From Polyangiales bacterium (lineage in GTDB: Bacteria > Myxococcota_A > Polyangia > Polyangiales > Houyiibacteriaceae), in the NCBI GenBank assembly GCA_965227405.1, contig OZ245758.1, forward strand, positions 2,996,338-3,060,337: a DNA stretch of 64,000 nucleotides, given 5' to 3'. The translations under genes and the position numbers were made by a program. The notes below the pieces were generated by a model that saw only the letters and a program-made list of their open reading frames with translations, ran no database searches and was not told where the DNA came from. Positions 47,001-56,892 of this stretch are shown here, in pieces (positions within the stretch are counted from its first letter, which is position 1; each line of letters begins with the position of its first letter).

Positions 47001-48558
47001 TGCGACCGAGGGCGTGGGTCTGATCTCACCGCCACCGCATCACGACATCTACTCGATCGAAGACTTGGCGCAGTTGATCTTCGACCTGAAGAACGCCAAT
47101 CCGCGCGCACGAATTTCCGTGAAGCTGGTGAGCGAAGTGGGTGTGGGCACCGTCGCGGCAGGTGTCGCCAAAGCGCATGCAGAACACATCCTGATCAGTG
47201 GTCACGACGGCGGAACGGGTGCGTCACCGCTGACCAGCGTCAAACATGCGGGCCTTCCCTGGGAACTCGGGTTGGCCGAAGCGCATCAGACTTTGGTCGC
47301 CAACGATCTGCGAAGCCGGGTGGTGCTGCAGACCGACGGTGGTCTCAAAACGGGTCGCGACGTGGTGATCGCGGCGTTGCTGGGTGCCGAAGAGTTTGGG
47401 TTCGCGACGGCTCCGTTGATCACCATGGGCTGCGTGATGATGCGCAAGTGCCATCTCAATACGTGTCCCGTGGGTATCGCGACGCAGGACCCGGTGTTGC
47501 GCGAGAAGTTCCAAGGCGAACCCGAACACGTGATCAACTACTTGTTCATGGTGGCGGAACACGCACGTCGTCTGATGGCGCAGCTGGGGTTCACCACGAT
47601 GGACTCGATGATCGGGCGCGTCGAAGTGTTGGAGATGAACGACGCGATCGATCATTTCAAGATTCGAGGGTTGGATCTGAGTGCGGTGCTTACGCCGGCG
47701 CCGCGTCGCCCGAACGTGCAGGTTCGTTGCACCGAAACCCAGGACCATGGGCTTGACGATGCGCTCGACAACCGCTTGATCGAGTTGGCGCGCCCAGCAA
47801 CCGAAGCAGGCGAGCAAGTTGTCGCGGAGATGCCCATTCGGAACACGAACCGAGCCGTGGGTACGTTGCTCTCGCACTCGATCGCCGTGTCGGGAGTGAG
47901 CCTGGCGTCCGATGCAGTTCGCTTTCGATTCCGAGGCACGGCAGGTCAGAGCTTTGGTGCGTGGCTCGCCCAAGGTGTCACGCTCGAACTCGAAGGCGAT
48001 GCGAACGACGCGGTTGGAAAAGGGCTAAGCGGTGGTCGCATCGCGGTCTATCCGGACCGAAAGGCGACGTTTGCGCCCTCGGAAAGCGTGATCGTGGGCA
48101 ACGTTGCGCTCTACGGCGCCACCAGCGGCGAAGCGTACTTCTCGGGACGTGCGGCCGAACGTTTTGCGGTTCGCAACGGGGGCGCCAATGCAGTGGTCGA
48201 AGGCGTCGGTGATCATGGTTGCGAATACATGACCGGCGGACGCGTTGTGGTGCTTGGTCCTACTGGTCGCAACTTCGCTGCGGGTATGAGCGGTGGGTTG
48301 GCGTACGTGTTCGACCCACAAGGCGAGTTCCCGCAACGGTGCAACCAAGCGATGGTGTCGCTGCATCCCGTCGACGGAGAGTGGGCGACTGAACTGCAGG
48401 AACTGGTGCAGGCGCACTACGCACGCACCAACTCACCGCTGGCCGCGCGTTTGCTCGATACGTGGACCTTCTCGGTGCAACGTTTCGTGTGCGTGTTGCC
48501 GCATGAGTACGCGCGCGCGTTGGAACGTCAGAAGACCGAACAGCGAGGAGTCGCCTGA
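44041..48558 (+). CDS. gltB: Glutamate synthase (NADPH) large subunit
   Basis: N-terminal amidotransferase with catalytic Cys after propeptide ([13 protein letters not shown]). FMN/Fe-S central domain. GXGXG C-terminal domain. 1505 aa. Confidence 0.9.
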   Translation: MSVDPFGLYHPDYEHDACGVGFVADIRGRASHQIVLDADQVLLNMEHRGASGAEVNSGDGAGMLTGLPYRFLAKVARKSFGVDLPELGAVAAGNVFLPRDPDERAHCKRIFERIIREQGQHCMGWREVPVDPDGADLGTRARDSMPAIEQLFVARGEGFDEHQFERQLYVIRKHAGTSLRRDARLREGHMVYVCTLSTRVIVYKGMLTPKQLLRFFPDLRDWDYTTHIAMVHSRFSTNTFPTWDRAQPLRCMAHNGEINTLRGNVGSMHDREGVVRSPLFGDDIEKCFPVAEPFTSDSGNFDNVLEFLLMGGRSLPSSIMMMIPEAWQKHAEMSAQKRAFYEFHSCVMEPWDGPASMAFTDGRYAGAVLDRNGLRPSRYVLTDDDKVVMASEVGVLPIPQEHVVRKGRLQPGKMFLIDFEAGRLIPDAEVKSIITAKNPYAEWLESERVTLDELPAASAPEPDAQTLVHRLQAFGYTTETFQFFLYPMIAQKRDPLLSMGNDAALAALSDEPRLLYDYFKQLFAQVTNPPIDSIREEVVMSLGAYCGPEGNVLELTGKNCHRLHLPHPILTNAEMAAVKGIDHRGWRSQTIDITWPRSRGASGLDDSLRRIALEAEAAVDAGVQLIVLSDRATSAERVPISSLLAVGAVHQHLNRVAKRTRVGLLVESGEAREVHHHCCLIGFGADAINPYLAFEALADARERGVIELESDEAIVAAYRKAVGKGMLKVMAKMGISTLQSYKGACIFEILGLARPVVERCFTGAPSRIEGVGFDVLAEEAVRRHELGFPSSRARAAKTLPNRGTVHWRSKGEKHAWDPTAIQHLQRAARENSDEQYWAFANHLDAQERTRCSLRGLMRFRPTTPVPLDEVEPAAAIVKRFVTGAMSFGSISAEAHETLARAMNSLGGKSNSGEGGEDPKRYLPLSDGRPNPRRSRIKQIASGRFGVTIEYLASADELQIKMAQGAKPGEGGELPGRKVDARIAKIRHATEGVGLISPPPHHDIYSIEDLAQLIFDLKNANPRARISVKLVSEVGVGTVAAGVAKAHAEHILISGHDGGTGASPLTSVKHAGLPWELGLAEAHQTLVANDLRSRVVLQTDGGLKTGRDVVIAALLGAEEFGFATAPLITMGCVMMRKCHLNTCPVGIATQDPVLREKFQGEPEHVINYLFMVAEHARRLMAQLGFTTMDSMIGRVEVLEMNDAIDHFKIRGLDLSAVLTPAPRRPNVQVRCTETQDHGLDDALDNRLIELARPATEAGEQVVAEMPIRNTNRAVGTLLSHSIAVSGVSLASDAVRFRFRGTAGQSFGAWLAQGVTLELEGDANDAVGKGLSGGRIAVYPDRKATFAPSESVIVGNVALYGATSGEAYFSGRAAERFAVRNGGANAVVEGVGDHGCEYMTGGRVVVLGPTGRNFAAGMSGGLAYVFDPQGEFPQRCNQAMVSLHPVDGEWATELQELVQAHYARTNSPLAARLLDTWTFSVQRFVCVLPHEYARALERQKTEQRGVA

Positions 48559-49958
48559 TGGGAAAGCCGACAGGATTCCTGGAGCTGCAGCGTGCGACGA
48601 TCGGCACCGAAGATCCACGTGTTCGCCTGCGCACGTTCGATGAGTTTTCGCTTCACGCACCGGCGGAGCACTTTGTGACGCAAGCTGCGCGCTGCATGGA
48701 TTGTGGCGTGCCCTTTTGCCAATCGGATACGGGCTGTCCGGTCGATAACCTGATCCCGGAGTGGAATGACCTGGTCTATCGCGGTCATTGGCAAGAGGCG
48801 CTGGAGCGCTTGCACGCCACGAACAACTTCCCCGAGATGACCGGACGCGTGTGCCCTGCCCCCTGCGAAGGCGCTTGTGTGCTCGGCATGAACGACGATC
48901 CGGTGACCATCAAAGACCTGGAAAAGGCCATCGTGGATTACGGCTTTGAGCAGGGTTGGGTGCGTCCCTTGCCACCGACGCGTGAAACCGGAAAGCGCGT
49001 GGCGATCGTGGGCAGCGGCCCGGCAGGTTTGGCGGCGGCGCAACAGCTTCGTCGTATGGGCCATCGGGTAACCGTGTTTGAACGCGAAGATCGTGTTGGC
49101 GGATTGCTGATGTACGGCATTCCCAACATGAAGCTCGACAAGCGCTACGTGCGTCGTCGCTTGGATCAACTTCAACGCGAAGGTGTCCGCTTCACAACTG
49201 GCGTGGAGATCGGGCGTGATGTTTCGCTCGACCGATTACGCGAAGATCACGACGCAGTGCTCCTGTGCGTGGGCGCGACGAAGCCGCGGGATCTGATGAT
49301 CGAAGGTCGTGACCTGGGCGGCGTCCACTTTGCGATGGAGTATCTGACGCAAAGCACCAAAGCGTTGTTCGAGGACGAGCACTACTTGAGCGCCCGTGAC
49401 CGCAAGGTCGTGGTCATCGGCGGCGGTGACACCGGAACCGATTGTGTAGGTACAGCGCTGAGGCAGGGCTGCGCGTCGATGGTGAACCTGGAGTTGCTGG
49501 AGGCACCGCCGGATGTGCGTGGTGCCAACAATCCGTGGCCGCAGTGGCCGCGCGTGTTCCGAACGGACTACGGACATGCCGAAGCGGCGGCTCGCTTCGG
49601 AGTCGATCCGCGACGCTTTGGAACGCTCACGAAACGCTTTGTCGGCAAGACGCGCGTGCGTGGCGTCGAGATCGTTCGCGTGCGTTGGGACAGCGGTCAG
49701 ATGCAAGAGATCCCGGAGTCGAGCGAGATCATCGAAGCCGACCAAGTGTTCTTGGCGATGGGGTTCACCGGTCCTGAAGAGCGGTTGGCCTCGTCCATGG
49801 ACCGCGATGCGCGAACCAACATCGCGGCACCCAGCTACGCCACGTCGTTGGACGGAGTGTTCGCGGCCGGTGATTGTCGGCGCGGTCAGTCGTTGGTGGT
49901 CTGGGCAATTGCCGAAGGACGCGAAGCAGCAGCGATCGTCGACACCTACTTGAGGTAG
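48558..49958 (+). CDS. gltD: Glutamate synthase small subunit (NADPH-dependent, FAD/Fe-S)
   Basis: Cys clusters ([18 protein letters not shown]). FAD/NAD Rossmann motifs [14 protein letters not shown] and [13 protein letters not shown]. Start ATG shares A with the gltB stop. Confidence 0.9.
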   Translation: MGKPTGFLELQRATIGTEDPRVRLRTFDEFSLHAPAEHFVTQAARCMDCGVPFCQSDTGCPVDNLIPEWNDLVYRGHWQEALERLHATNNFPEMTGRVCPAPCEGACVLGMNDDPVTIKDLEKAIVDYGFEQGWVRPLPPTRETGKRVAIVGSGPAGLAAAQQLRRMGHRVTVFEREDRVGGLLMYGIPNMKLDKRYVRRRLDQLQREGVRFTTGVEIGRDVSLDRLREDHDAVLLCVGATKPRDLMIEGRDLGGVHFAMEYLTQSTKALFEDEHYLSARDRKVVVIGGGDTGTDCVGTALRQGCASMVNLELLEAPPDVRGANNPWPQWPRVFRTDYGHAEAAARFGVDPRRFGTLTKRFVGKTRVRGVEIVRVRWDSGQMQEIPESSEIIEADQVFLAMGFTGPEERLASSMDRDARTNIAAPSYATSLDGVFAAGDCRRGQSLVVWAIAEGREAAAIVDTYLR

Positions 49959-49967
49959 AATCACGGG

Positions 49968-51122
49968 GTGGGCCGCCTGCGCGAGCTTCCATCCATCGGC
50001 CAAATCGGTCGGTACCAGGTGCTCGGTAAGATCGCGAAAGGCGGAATGGCCGAGATCTTTCTCGCTCGGCAAGAAGGACCGCGAAACGCTTGGCGACCCT
50101 TGGTGGTCAAGCGTGTGCTCTCGCACCTGACCGACGACGCGGATTACGTGGAGAGTTTCGTGCACGAGGCTGAGCTGTGCATGCGGCTCGACCATCCGAA
50201 CATCTGCGCGGTGTACGACTTCGGCCAACACGGCTCCGACTACTTCATCGCGATGGAGTACGTCGACGGTGTGAGCCTGCGCCAGTTGGTTGATCGGGTG
50301 GGGCCCTTGCCGGTCGAAATCGCAGCACGCGTGATCGCCGATGTGGCATCAGCCCTGCACCACGCGCACACCGCAACCGACGACAACGGCAAACCGCTGG
50401 GGCTCGTGCATCGCGACGTCACGCCTGAGAACATCATGATCGGGTACGACGGTCGTGTGCGGCTCTTGGACTTTGGTATCGCCAAGGCTGAAACGCAGAC
50501 CACCAAGACTCAGGCGGGCGTGTTGAAAGGCAAGATCGCGCACATGAGCCCTGAGCAATACAAGGGCGAGAAGCTCGATGGGCGCGCCGACCTGTTCTCG
50601 TTAGGGGCCACGTTTTACGAAGCCTTGGTCGGAAAGAATCCATTCGAACGCGTCGCGGAGGCCCACATCGTCGCAGCGATTCTGTTCGAGGAGAACGTTC
50701 CGGATCCCAAAGAGGAACGCGAGGAAGTTCCGGCCGGCTTGAGCATCGTAGTGCGTTCGATGCTTGCCAAGGATCCCGAAGAGCGCACCGAAAGTGGCGA
50801 AGCCGTTGCCGAGCAGATCGAGACGTGGCTTCGTGGTTCTGGGCATCGCGTTCGTTCCGCGGATCTCGCGGCGGTGTTGGAGACGCACTTCGCCAAGGAA
50901 AAGAGCGCAGGTCCGAAGTTGGACCGGACGCCTTTGGAGCACGTGGTTCTCGATCCGCTTTCATCGGCCGTTCAAAGTGCGGAGCTCGATGAGTTCGTGG
51001 GCGCGACGATGCGCGCGCAAAAGCGCAAGACTCGGATGCTGATCGTGCTGACGGCTGTGGTGGTGCTGAGCGCGCTGGGCTACCTGATGTTCCGCCTGGC
51101 GACTTCGCCTGCACCGACCTGA
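49968..51122 (+). CDS. Serine/threonine protein kinase with C-terminal TM anchor
   Basis: G-loop GKIAKGGMAEIF, VVKRV, HRDVTPENIMI, DFGIAKA, SPEQ. C-terminal hydrophobic helix MLIVLTAVVVLSALGYLMF. Starts 10 nt after gltD. Confidence 0.75.
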   Translation: MGRLRELPSIGQIGRYQVLGKIAKGGMAEIFLARQEGPRNAWRPLVVKRVLSHLTDDADYVESFVHEAELCMRLDHPNICAVYDFGQHGSDYFIAMEYVDGVSLRQLVDRVGPLPVEIAARVIADVASALHHAHTATDDNGKPLGLVHRDVTPENIMIGYDGRVRLLDFGIAKAETQTTKTQAGVLKGKIAHMSPEQYKGEKLDGRADLFSLGATFYEALVGKNPFERVAEAHIVAAILFEENVPDPKEEREEVPAGLSIVVRSMLAKDPEERTESGEAVAEQIETWLRGSGHRVRSADLAAVLETHFAKEKSAGPKLDRTPLEHVVLDPLSSAVQSAELDEFVGATMRAQKRKTRMLIVLTAVVVLSALGYLMFRLATSPAPT

Positions 51123-51130
51123 CGCGTTGC

Positions 51131-51580
51131 CTACCGGACGCGTTCGTACAAGAACGGCCAGCCTTGCGCGCCCACGAGTGGAAGCTCGAGAATCGCCATC
51201 ACCAATGCGCGCTGCTCATCGAGCTTTCGCGGTTCTTCGATCACGCGTCGCCACAAGGGGCCTGCAGTAATCGGGAGCTCGATCATGATCGAACTGCGCC
51301 CATCGAGATCGGAGTTGTGTTCACGCACGCGTAGCGGGTGGGTTTCGTCCGGTTGGCTTCGTGAACCGTGCAGCGTGGAACCCAAACCCTCTCCATCGAA
51401 GCGACAACCCCACCAACCATCGACTCCGGTGAGTTTCATGGCCATCGGCGTGACATCGCGCGCAAGCAAAGGACCGACGTAGCGACGCTCCCAAGTGCCT
51501 TGGAGCGCGTCGACCGAAAGCGGCTCGAGTGTTCCGAAGAGTCGGCGCAACCCGCGCAGGTCGTGAGGTAACATCGCCAT
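51131..51580 (-). CDS. Hypothetical protein, possibly GXWXG/DUF4334-like
   Basis: 149-aa ORF with Trp/Gly motifs (LQGTWERRYVG, DGWWGCRFDG). Weak family assignment. Confidence 0.35.
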   Translation of the reverse strand: MAMLPHDLRGLRRLFGTLEPLSVDALQGTWERRYVGPLLARDVTPMAMKLTGVDGWWGCRFDGEGLGSTLHGSRSQPDETHPLRVREHNSDLDGRSSIMIELPITAGPLWRRVIEEPRKLDEQRALVMAILELPLVGAQGWPFLYERVR

Positions 51581-51617
51581 CGGCCGCTAGCCTGACCTGA
51601 ACGGCGCGCCACCGCGA

Positions 51618-53114
51618 GTGAATTTGGAGCCGACTCAATTCCGCCATGCGAGCTCGAGTGTGGCGACGGCGCCCGAGGGGCTGGTCCGCGATTCGCAACG
51701 TCGTGTGCTCTTCATGATGCGGATCGTCGCGGTGGTCTTCGCGTTCTACCACCTGCTCTACCGCACGGTATGGAGCGAGTTCCGCACCGACTTTGGTCAG
51801 TGGCACGCGATCATCGCTTTCGTACTGAGCGTCCTTCCGGCGATCTACTTGCGCAAGCCGCGTTCGCGTCAGGCGGTCAGCGTGGTGGGCGGATCGTGGA
51901 TCGTAGTGCAGTCGATCGGGCTTTCGCTTTCGCAGTACGTGAACATGCCGCAGCCGGATATTCCCACGGCTCAGATCTCGTGGATCTGCGTGATGATCTT
52001 GCTGCTGCCCTTTCTCGTTCCGGCGGCGCCGCGGCAGATCGCCATCATCGGATTGTTCACCGCGATCAGCGATCCCTTGTCGTGGGGCATCCTTCGCGCG
52101 CTTGGCCACCTTGACGGACTCTCGTTGGACGTAACCGGCTCGTACGTGTTGCCACCCTTTGTGTGTTGGCTGATGTCGTGGGGACTTGCTGGCGTCGTGT
52201 TCGCAATGGGTCGGGAAGTCGCGCGGGCCAAACAGTTGGGTGCGTACGTACTCAAAGAGAAGCTTGGTGCAGGCGGCATGGGTGAAGTGTGGCGTGCGGA
52301 TCACCGACTTCTCGCGCGACCTGCGGCGGTGAAGCTCATCCAAGCCAGTCTCGAGTCGTCGATCACGGCAGCTCGCTTTGAACGAGAAGCACAGGCCACA
52401 GCGCGATTGGAGTCGCCGCACACCGTGCAGCTCTACGACTTTGGGGTGTCGGAAGATGGGACGCTCTTCTACGTGATGGAGCTTCTGCGCGGCGTGGATC
52501 TCGAAACGCTGGTGACCGAGCACGGCCCACTTCCACCCGCGCGTGTCGCGCACCTAATGATTCAAGCGTGCGAGTCGCTGGGCGAAGCGCATCGCGCGGG
52601 GCTCGTTCATCGCGATGTCAAACCCGCGAATCTCTTTGTGTGTCGCAAAGGCTCGCGCGTGGACTTTTTGAAGGTGTTGGATTTCGGGCTCGTGAAGAGT
52701 TCATCGAGTTCCGAAGATGTGGTGAAGTCCCAAGACAACACGATCACGGGAACACCTGCGTACTTGGCACCGGAAGCGATTCGCGGTGAGCCCCCAGTCG
52801 GCCCACATTCGGATCTCTACGCGTTGGGGTGTGTGGCGTACTTCCTACTAGTTGGGAAGCCGATCTTCGGTGCCAAGAATCTTCTCGAAACAGCAGCCGC
52901 GCACTTGCACGAAACACCGCCGCGACCCTCGGCGTCGGTGGCGTGTCCCGATGCGCTCGAAGCGCTGATCCTCGAGTTGTTAGAAAAGGAGATCGACGCG
53001 CGACCCGAGAGCGCGGAGGTGGTCGCGGCTCGACTCGAGGACATGGAGCTGCACTGGTCTCGCGATGACGCGCAGTCTTGGTGGCGTGAATACCTGCCCG
53101 ACTTGGCGGGCTAG
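51618..53114 (+). CDS. Membrane-anchored Ser/Thr protein kinase (N-terminal polytopic domain, C-terminal kinase)
   Basis: About 200-aa N-terminal multi-TM region, then kinase motifs LGAGGMGEVWRA, AVKLI, HRDVKPANLFV, DFGLVKS, APE. GTG start; the ATG at about 51714 (MMRIVAV) is an alternative. Confidence 0.7.
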   Translation: MNLEPTQFRHASSSVATAPEGLVRDSQRRVLFMMRIVAVVFAFYHLLYRTVWSEFRTDFGQWHAIIAFVLSVLPAIYLRKPRSRQAVSVVGGSWIVVQSIGLSLSQYVNMPQPDIPTAQISWICVMILLLPFLVPAAPRQIAIIGLFTAISDPLSWGILRALGHLDGLSLDVTGSYVLPPFVCWLMSWGLAGVVFAMGREVARAKQLGAYVLKEKLGAGGMGEVWRADHRLLARPAAVKLIQASLESSITAARFEREAQATARLESPHTVQLYDFGVSEDGTLFYVMELLRGVDLETLVTEHGPLPPARVAHLMIQACESLGEAHRAGLVHRDVKPANLFVCRKGSRVDFLKVLDFGLVKSSSSSEDVVKSQDNTITGTPAYLAPEAIRGEPPVGPHSDLYALGCVAYFLLVGKPIFGAKNLLETAAAHLHETPPRPSASVACPDALEALILELLEKEIDARPESAEVVAARLEDMELHWSRDDAQSWWREYLPDLAG

Positions 53115-54250
53115 ATCAGACTCACGCGCACCATCATGGCGCGATGGACGTGACGTGGTTCGGGATCGAACTGCAGCGGTGCAAGTTCGTCGATCACTTC
53201 CTTCGGAAGCCAGTAGATCAACACATCGGCGGAGCGCGGGTCGTAGCCAGCTCCGGGAATCCCGAGACGTCCCAGTGTGCCCAAGCCGATCGGCATGCCA
53301 CCGACTCCACCGCCACCACGACCCGTGCCGCGGAGTCCTAAGCTTGCAGAGGCACCACCGGTTTCACCGCCCGCGGCTTCTTCAGTGCCCCACAGCTCTT
53401 GTTCCCACGCCCGGAAAAACGCGTCGACCTCGGTGTCGGTTAGACCTTGAGCCGACAACGCTTCGCGTGTTGCTTCACGCGACCCCTCATCGCTCGGTGC
53501 CTCGTCTTGTGCGCGCGCGATCGTGACGGCCTCACCTGGAGTCGGCCAGTCGAGGCGCGTGATCTGCGAACCGGTCGGTCGACGCGTCAGACGAAACATC
53601 GGAAAGCGGGACGTGTGGTTGCTCCGGTTGCGGATTCGCACGGTGCCGTTGGGTTCGGTATCCACATCGAGCGGTAACTCGACTCGCTCTTCGGGACGCT
53701 CGGACTCTTCCACCGGTGCAGCTCGGTACAGGAGTAGTGGCCACTGCGTTCCGTCCACGAGCAAGCACGATGCGTCGTCGGTTTCGTACTCGGGAAGTTC
53801 CGACGTCTCGCAAATCCCATCGGGCATTCGTGTACAGAAAGGCTGAAGCGACGTCGGATAGCTGCGCGGCTCGGTACAGGGTTCACCCAGGAGCTCCGCG
53901 TCCCAACGAACCTCGGTATCGCTTGCGAACGTGCGTGGCCAGTGTTCAACCATTCGCATCTCGCCGTTGACTGCTGCGCTTGCCTGCACGGGAATGCGCT
54001 TACCGCTTTCGACGTGAAAGTAGAGAACGGGTTTTCCGTAACCGACGACGCCCAACTCCAAACCGATCGTCCCGCTCCGGAACACGCGTTGCGCGGGTGC
54101 GGAAAGTCGAAGCGACGAATCGCTCAAACTCTGGTCGATCAATCCCCACTCGTGCACGTCGTACACGTCGGGAGCAACGTTCTTGTCGGTTGGCGTGACC
54201 TCCGTGGGAGCGCACGCCAGGGCGAGAATCAAAAAGGTAGTTCGGGTCAT
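53111..54250 (-). CDS. Hypothetical lipoprotein
   Basis: Signal MTRTTFLILALAC. Gly-rich segment near the C-terminus. No known domain. 4-nt overlap with the upstream HtrA gene. Confidence 0.4.
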   Translation of the reverse strand: MTRTTFLILALACAPTEVTPTDKNVAPDVYDVHEWGLIDQSLSDSSLRLSAPAQRVFRSGTIGLELGVVGYGKPVLYFHVESGKRIPVQASAAVNGEMRMVEHWPRTFASDTEVRWDAELLGEPCTEPRSYPTSLQPFCTRMPDGICETSELPEYETDDASCLLVDGTQWPLLLYRAAPVEESERPEERVELPLDVDTEPNGTVRIRNRSNHTSRFPMFRLTRRPTGSQITRLDWPTPGEAVTIARAQDEAPSDEGSREATREALSAQGLTDTEVDAFFRAWEQELWGTEEAAGGETGGASASLGLRGTGRGGGGVGGMPIGLGTLGRLGIPGAGYDPRSADVLIYWLPKEVIDELAPLQFDPEPRHVHRAMMVRVSLI

Positions 54251-55413
54251 TCGAGAATCGGGCTCAGCGGAACCGACACGTTGATTCGCTGATTGTTCCG
54301 AATGATGGTCACCTGAACGGTGTCGTCGACCTCGTGGCGGTCCAAAACCCGATAGAGATCGAGGTTATCGCCCACGTTTTCACCATCGATCGCCACGATC
54401 ACGTCACCCAAGAGAATGCGGCCAGTACGCGCATCACGTCGGGTGGGAATCAGCCCGGCTTGGGCCGCGCCAGTTCCAGGCACGACCCCGAGAATCAGCG
54501 CGCCGCGAACGCCCAGACGTTGTCCGAGCTGACCTTCGTCGATCTGCACGCCCAACGCAGCGCGCTGCACGCGTCCCTTGCTGATCAACTGCGGCACGAT
54601 CGAGTTCACGGTGTCCACTGGAACCGCAAATCCGATGCCTGCGTTCGTTCCCGAGGGTGAGTAGATCGCCGTGTTGACTCCGATCAGTCGGCCTGCGCTG
54701 TCGAGCAAAGGCCCACCCGAGTTGCCGGGGTTAATCGCCGCATCGGTTTGGATCACACCTTGGATCGGACGTCGCCCGATCGACATGATCTCGCGACCCA
54801 GTCCACTGATTACACCGGCGCTCAGCGTGTGGTCCAAACCAAAGGGGTTGCCGATCGCGAATGCGCGCTGACCCACGCGTAAGTCTTGGGAGGTGCCCAC
54901 AGGAAGCGGCGTGAGCGATTCGGGCGGAGCGTTGATGCGCAACACCGCGATGTCCTTCGGCGGATGCACGCCGACAAGCTCAGCGGGATACACGGTTTGA
55001 TCCGCCATCGTGACGCGCGCAGCATCCGCACCGGCGATGACGTGGAAGTTGGTGACGACGTGGCCGCGGTTGTCCCAGACAAAACCCGAGCCGGTACCTT
55101 CGGGCATCGCCATGGCGTTTCGGCGAAACGGATCCATGCGCACCGAGAGCTTCGTGATGAAGACCACCGAAGGACTCGCGTTGGAGAAGAGCTGGATCGT
55201 GGCGTCTTCGGCTTCGGTGAGATCTTCGCGCGGAGTGACCGTGGCGGGTTCCGCAGGAGGCGCGGGGGGCGGTTCGATCACAGGCGGTGGCGGCTCGGTT
55301 GCTGTCGACTGGTGAATCGCCAAGACGAGTGCACCGCCAAGCGCCATCGAAAGCGGAATCGCCAGCAAGAGGATCCAGGTCGACTTATTCATCCAACCCT
55401 TCCAACGCCTCAT
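54247..55413 (-). CDS. HtrA/DegP-family trypsin-like serine protease with one PDZ domain
   Basis: Catalytic triad context (TNFHVI, D, GNSGGPL). PDZ domain at the C-terminus. N-terminal TM/signal MNKSTWILLLAIPLSMALG (alternative start ATG 55392). Confidence 0.75.
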   Translation of the reverse strand: MRRWKGWMNKSTWILLLAIPLSMALGGALVLAIHQSTATEPPPPVIEPPPAPPAEPATVTPREDLTEAEDATIQLFSNASPSVVFITKLSVRMDPFRRNAMAMPEGTGSGFVWDNRGHVVTNFHVIAGADAARVTMADQTVYPAELVGVHPPKDIAVLRINAPPESLTPLPVGTSQDLRVGQRAFAIGNPFGLDHTLSAGVISGLGREIMSIGRRPIQGVIQTDAAINPGNSGGPLLDSAGRLIGVNTAIYSPSGTNAGIGFAVPVDTVNSIVPQLISKGRVQRAALGVQIDEGQLGQRLGVRGALILGVVPGTGAAQAGLIPTRRDARTGRILLGDVIVAIDGENVGDNLDLYRVLDRHEVDDTVQVTIIRNNQRINVSVPLSPILE

Positions 55414-55951
55414 CGAGTGCGTTCATGTCCTCGTCGGTCATTTCCGGGATTTCTTCTGGAACTTCCTCCGGTAATTCCTCGGCCGGTGCTTCGACGCGAG
55501 GCTTGGCCTTTCCTTCGTCGATCTCACCCGAGGCCTTGGCGTACGCCTTGGCTTCCGCTTTGGCAGCACGACCGCGGCGCCACGTGATCAACCCGCCGAT
55601 GAACATCAGCGCGGCAGCGGCGACGCTCAACCAAAGTCCGGCGAACGTCCGGGTGTAGAGAAAGCGCACCACTTCGAACACACCCCAACCGAGCGCCAGT
55701 GCTCCGGTCACGGTGCCGAGGACCCCCGACCATCGCGGCTTCTTCACTGAGAGCACAGCGAGCAGTGCACCCAGCACCGGCACGATGTACGCGGCGTAAT
55801 ACCCGGCGCCGAGCTTTGGGGCGTAAAGGCCGAGCTGCCAGCCGGCGACGGCATCGGGAATCGACTCGACGCGAATCCACGGCAGGAAGAAACCCACCAG
55901 GAGCATCAGCCCGGCTGCCATCGCTACCCAGTTGATTTCCTTGAGTTTCAC
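55385..55951 (-). CDS. Hypothetical 4-TM membrane protein with acidic C-terminal tail
   Basis: Hydrophobic helices. C-terminal EEVPEEIPEMTDEDMN. Confidence 0.35.
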   Translation of the reverse strand: MKLKEINWVAMAAGLMLLVGFFLPWIRVESIPDAVAGWQLGLYAPKLGAGYYAAYIVPVLGALLAVLSVKKPRWSGVLGTVTGALALGWGVFEVVRFLYTRTFAGLWLSVAAAALMFIGGLITWRRGRAAKAEAKAYAKASGEIDEGKAKPRVEAPAEELPEEVPEEIPEMTDEDMNALDEALEGLDE

Positions 55952-56016
55952 GACGTTGACGTAACGTGTTCGGCGTTGGCGAGCAACTCAGGGCCGCTCG
56001 AGCCGATAAGCGGCCG

Positions 56017-56835
56017 ATGTCTCGCCTCGCCCTTTTCGTTGCTCTCGCCGGTTGTGCCAGCGCCGGTGGACTTCCCACTGCTGCCATCGATCACAATCGC
56101 CAAGGCGCCCAAGCGTTTGCCGAAGGTGAACTGGATACCGCGGAAGCACGCTTTCGTCTGGCTCTCGAGTACCACCCTCGTTTTGCCGAGCCACACGCCA
56201 ACCTCGGTCTGGTGATGCTCCGTCGCGGACAGATCCGCGCTGCGGAGGATCATCTCCGAACAGCGATCGAGCTCAACGCCGACTTCGACGAAGCGTGGGC
56301 AAACCTCGGCGTCGTACTCCTACGCCTGGGGGAGCGTGACGAGGCCATTGAAGCGTTTGAATCGGCCTTGGCGATCGACCCCGGTCTTGACGACGCACGC
56401 ACCAACCTGGCGACGACGTGGATGAAGGCGGAGCGTTTTGCAGAAGCTCGCGCTCAATGGCTTCGATTGCTGCAACAAGCGCCCAGTGCCCGTACACGCG
56501 CGATGTTGGCCTACTGTGAGTTGCGACTGGAGCGGCCGAGCGCCGCACGCGACCAAGCGGAGTCGGCGCTCCGCGAGGATGCGAATGAACCGGTCGCACG
56601 CGTGGTGCGCGGTATCCTCCACGCGAACGCTGGCCGCTTTCACTCTGCTGTCGAGGATCTCATCCATGCGCAGGACGACCCGGTGGTGGGCTTTGATGCA
56701 CGGCTCCGACTTGCGGCCGTGGAACTGGCTCGCGGAGAGCGAGATCGCGCCAGTCAGCAGATTGCCGACCTGAGGCGCGAGGCTCCAGAGCACCCGGCAG
56801 TGCTTTTCCTGGTGTCGTCTCTGTCGGAACCTTGA
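56017..56835 (+). CDS. TPR-repeat lipoprotein
   Basis: Start at MSRLALFVALAGC (lipobox). Several TPR units (AEARFRLALEYHPRFAEPHANLGLV..., AWANLGVVLLRLGERDEAIEAFESALAIDP). Confidence 0.55.
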   Translation: MSRLALFVALAGCASAGGLPTAAIDHNRQGAQAFAEGELDTAEARFRLALEYHPRFAEPHANLGLVMLRRGQIRAAEDHLRTAIELNADFDEAWANLGVVLLRLGERDEAIEAFESALAIDPGLDDARTNLATTWMKAERFAEARAQWLRLLQQAPSARTRAMLAYCELRLERPSAARDQAESALREDANEPVARVVRGILHANAGRFHSAVEDLIHAQDDPVVGFDARLRLAAVELARGERDRASQQIADLRREAPEHPAVLFLVSSLSEP

Positions 56836-56892
56836 TCGGGAAGTCCGCGCCAACGTACTCTCAGTCGCGCCGCCCGTGCGGCTGGAAGCCCC

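Noticed and set aside
44932-47973. Antisense ORFs 44932..46725 and 47224..47973 inside gltB
   Set aside because: gltB is unambiguous (Ntn amidotransferase Cys, FMN and GXGXG domains). The antisense frames have no features.
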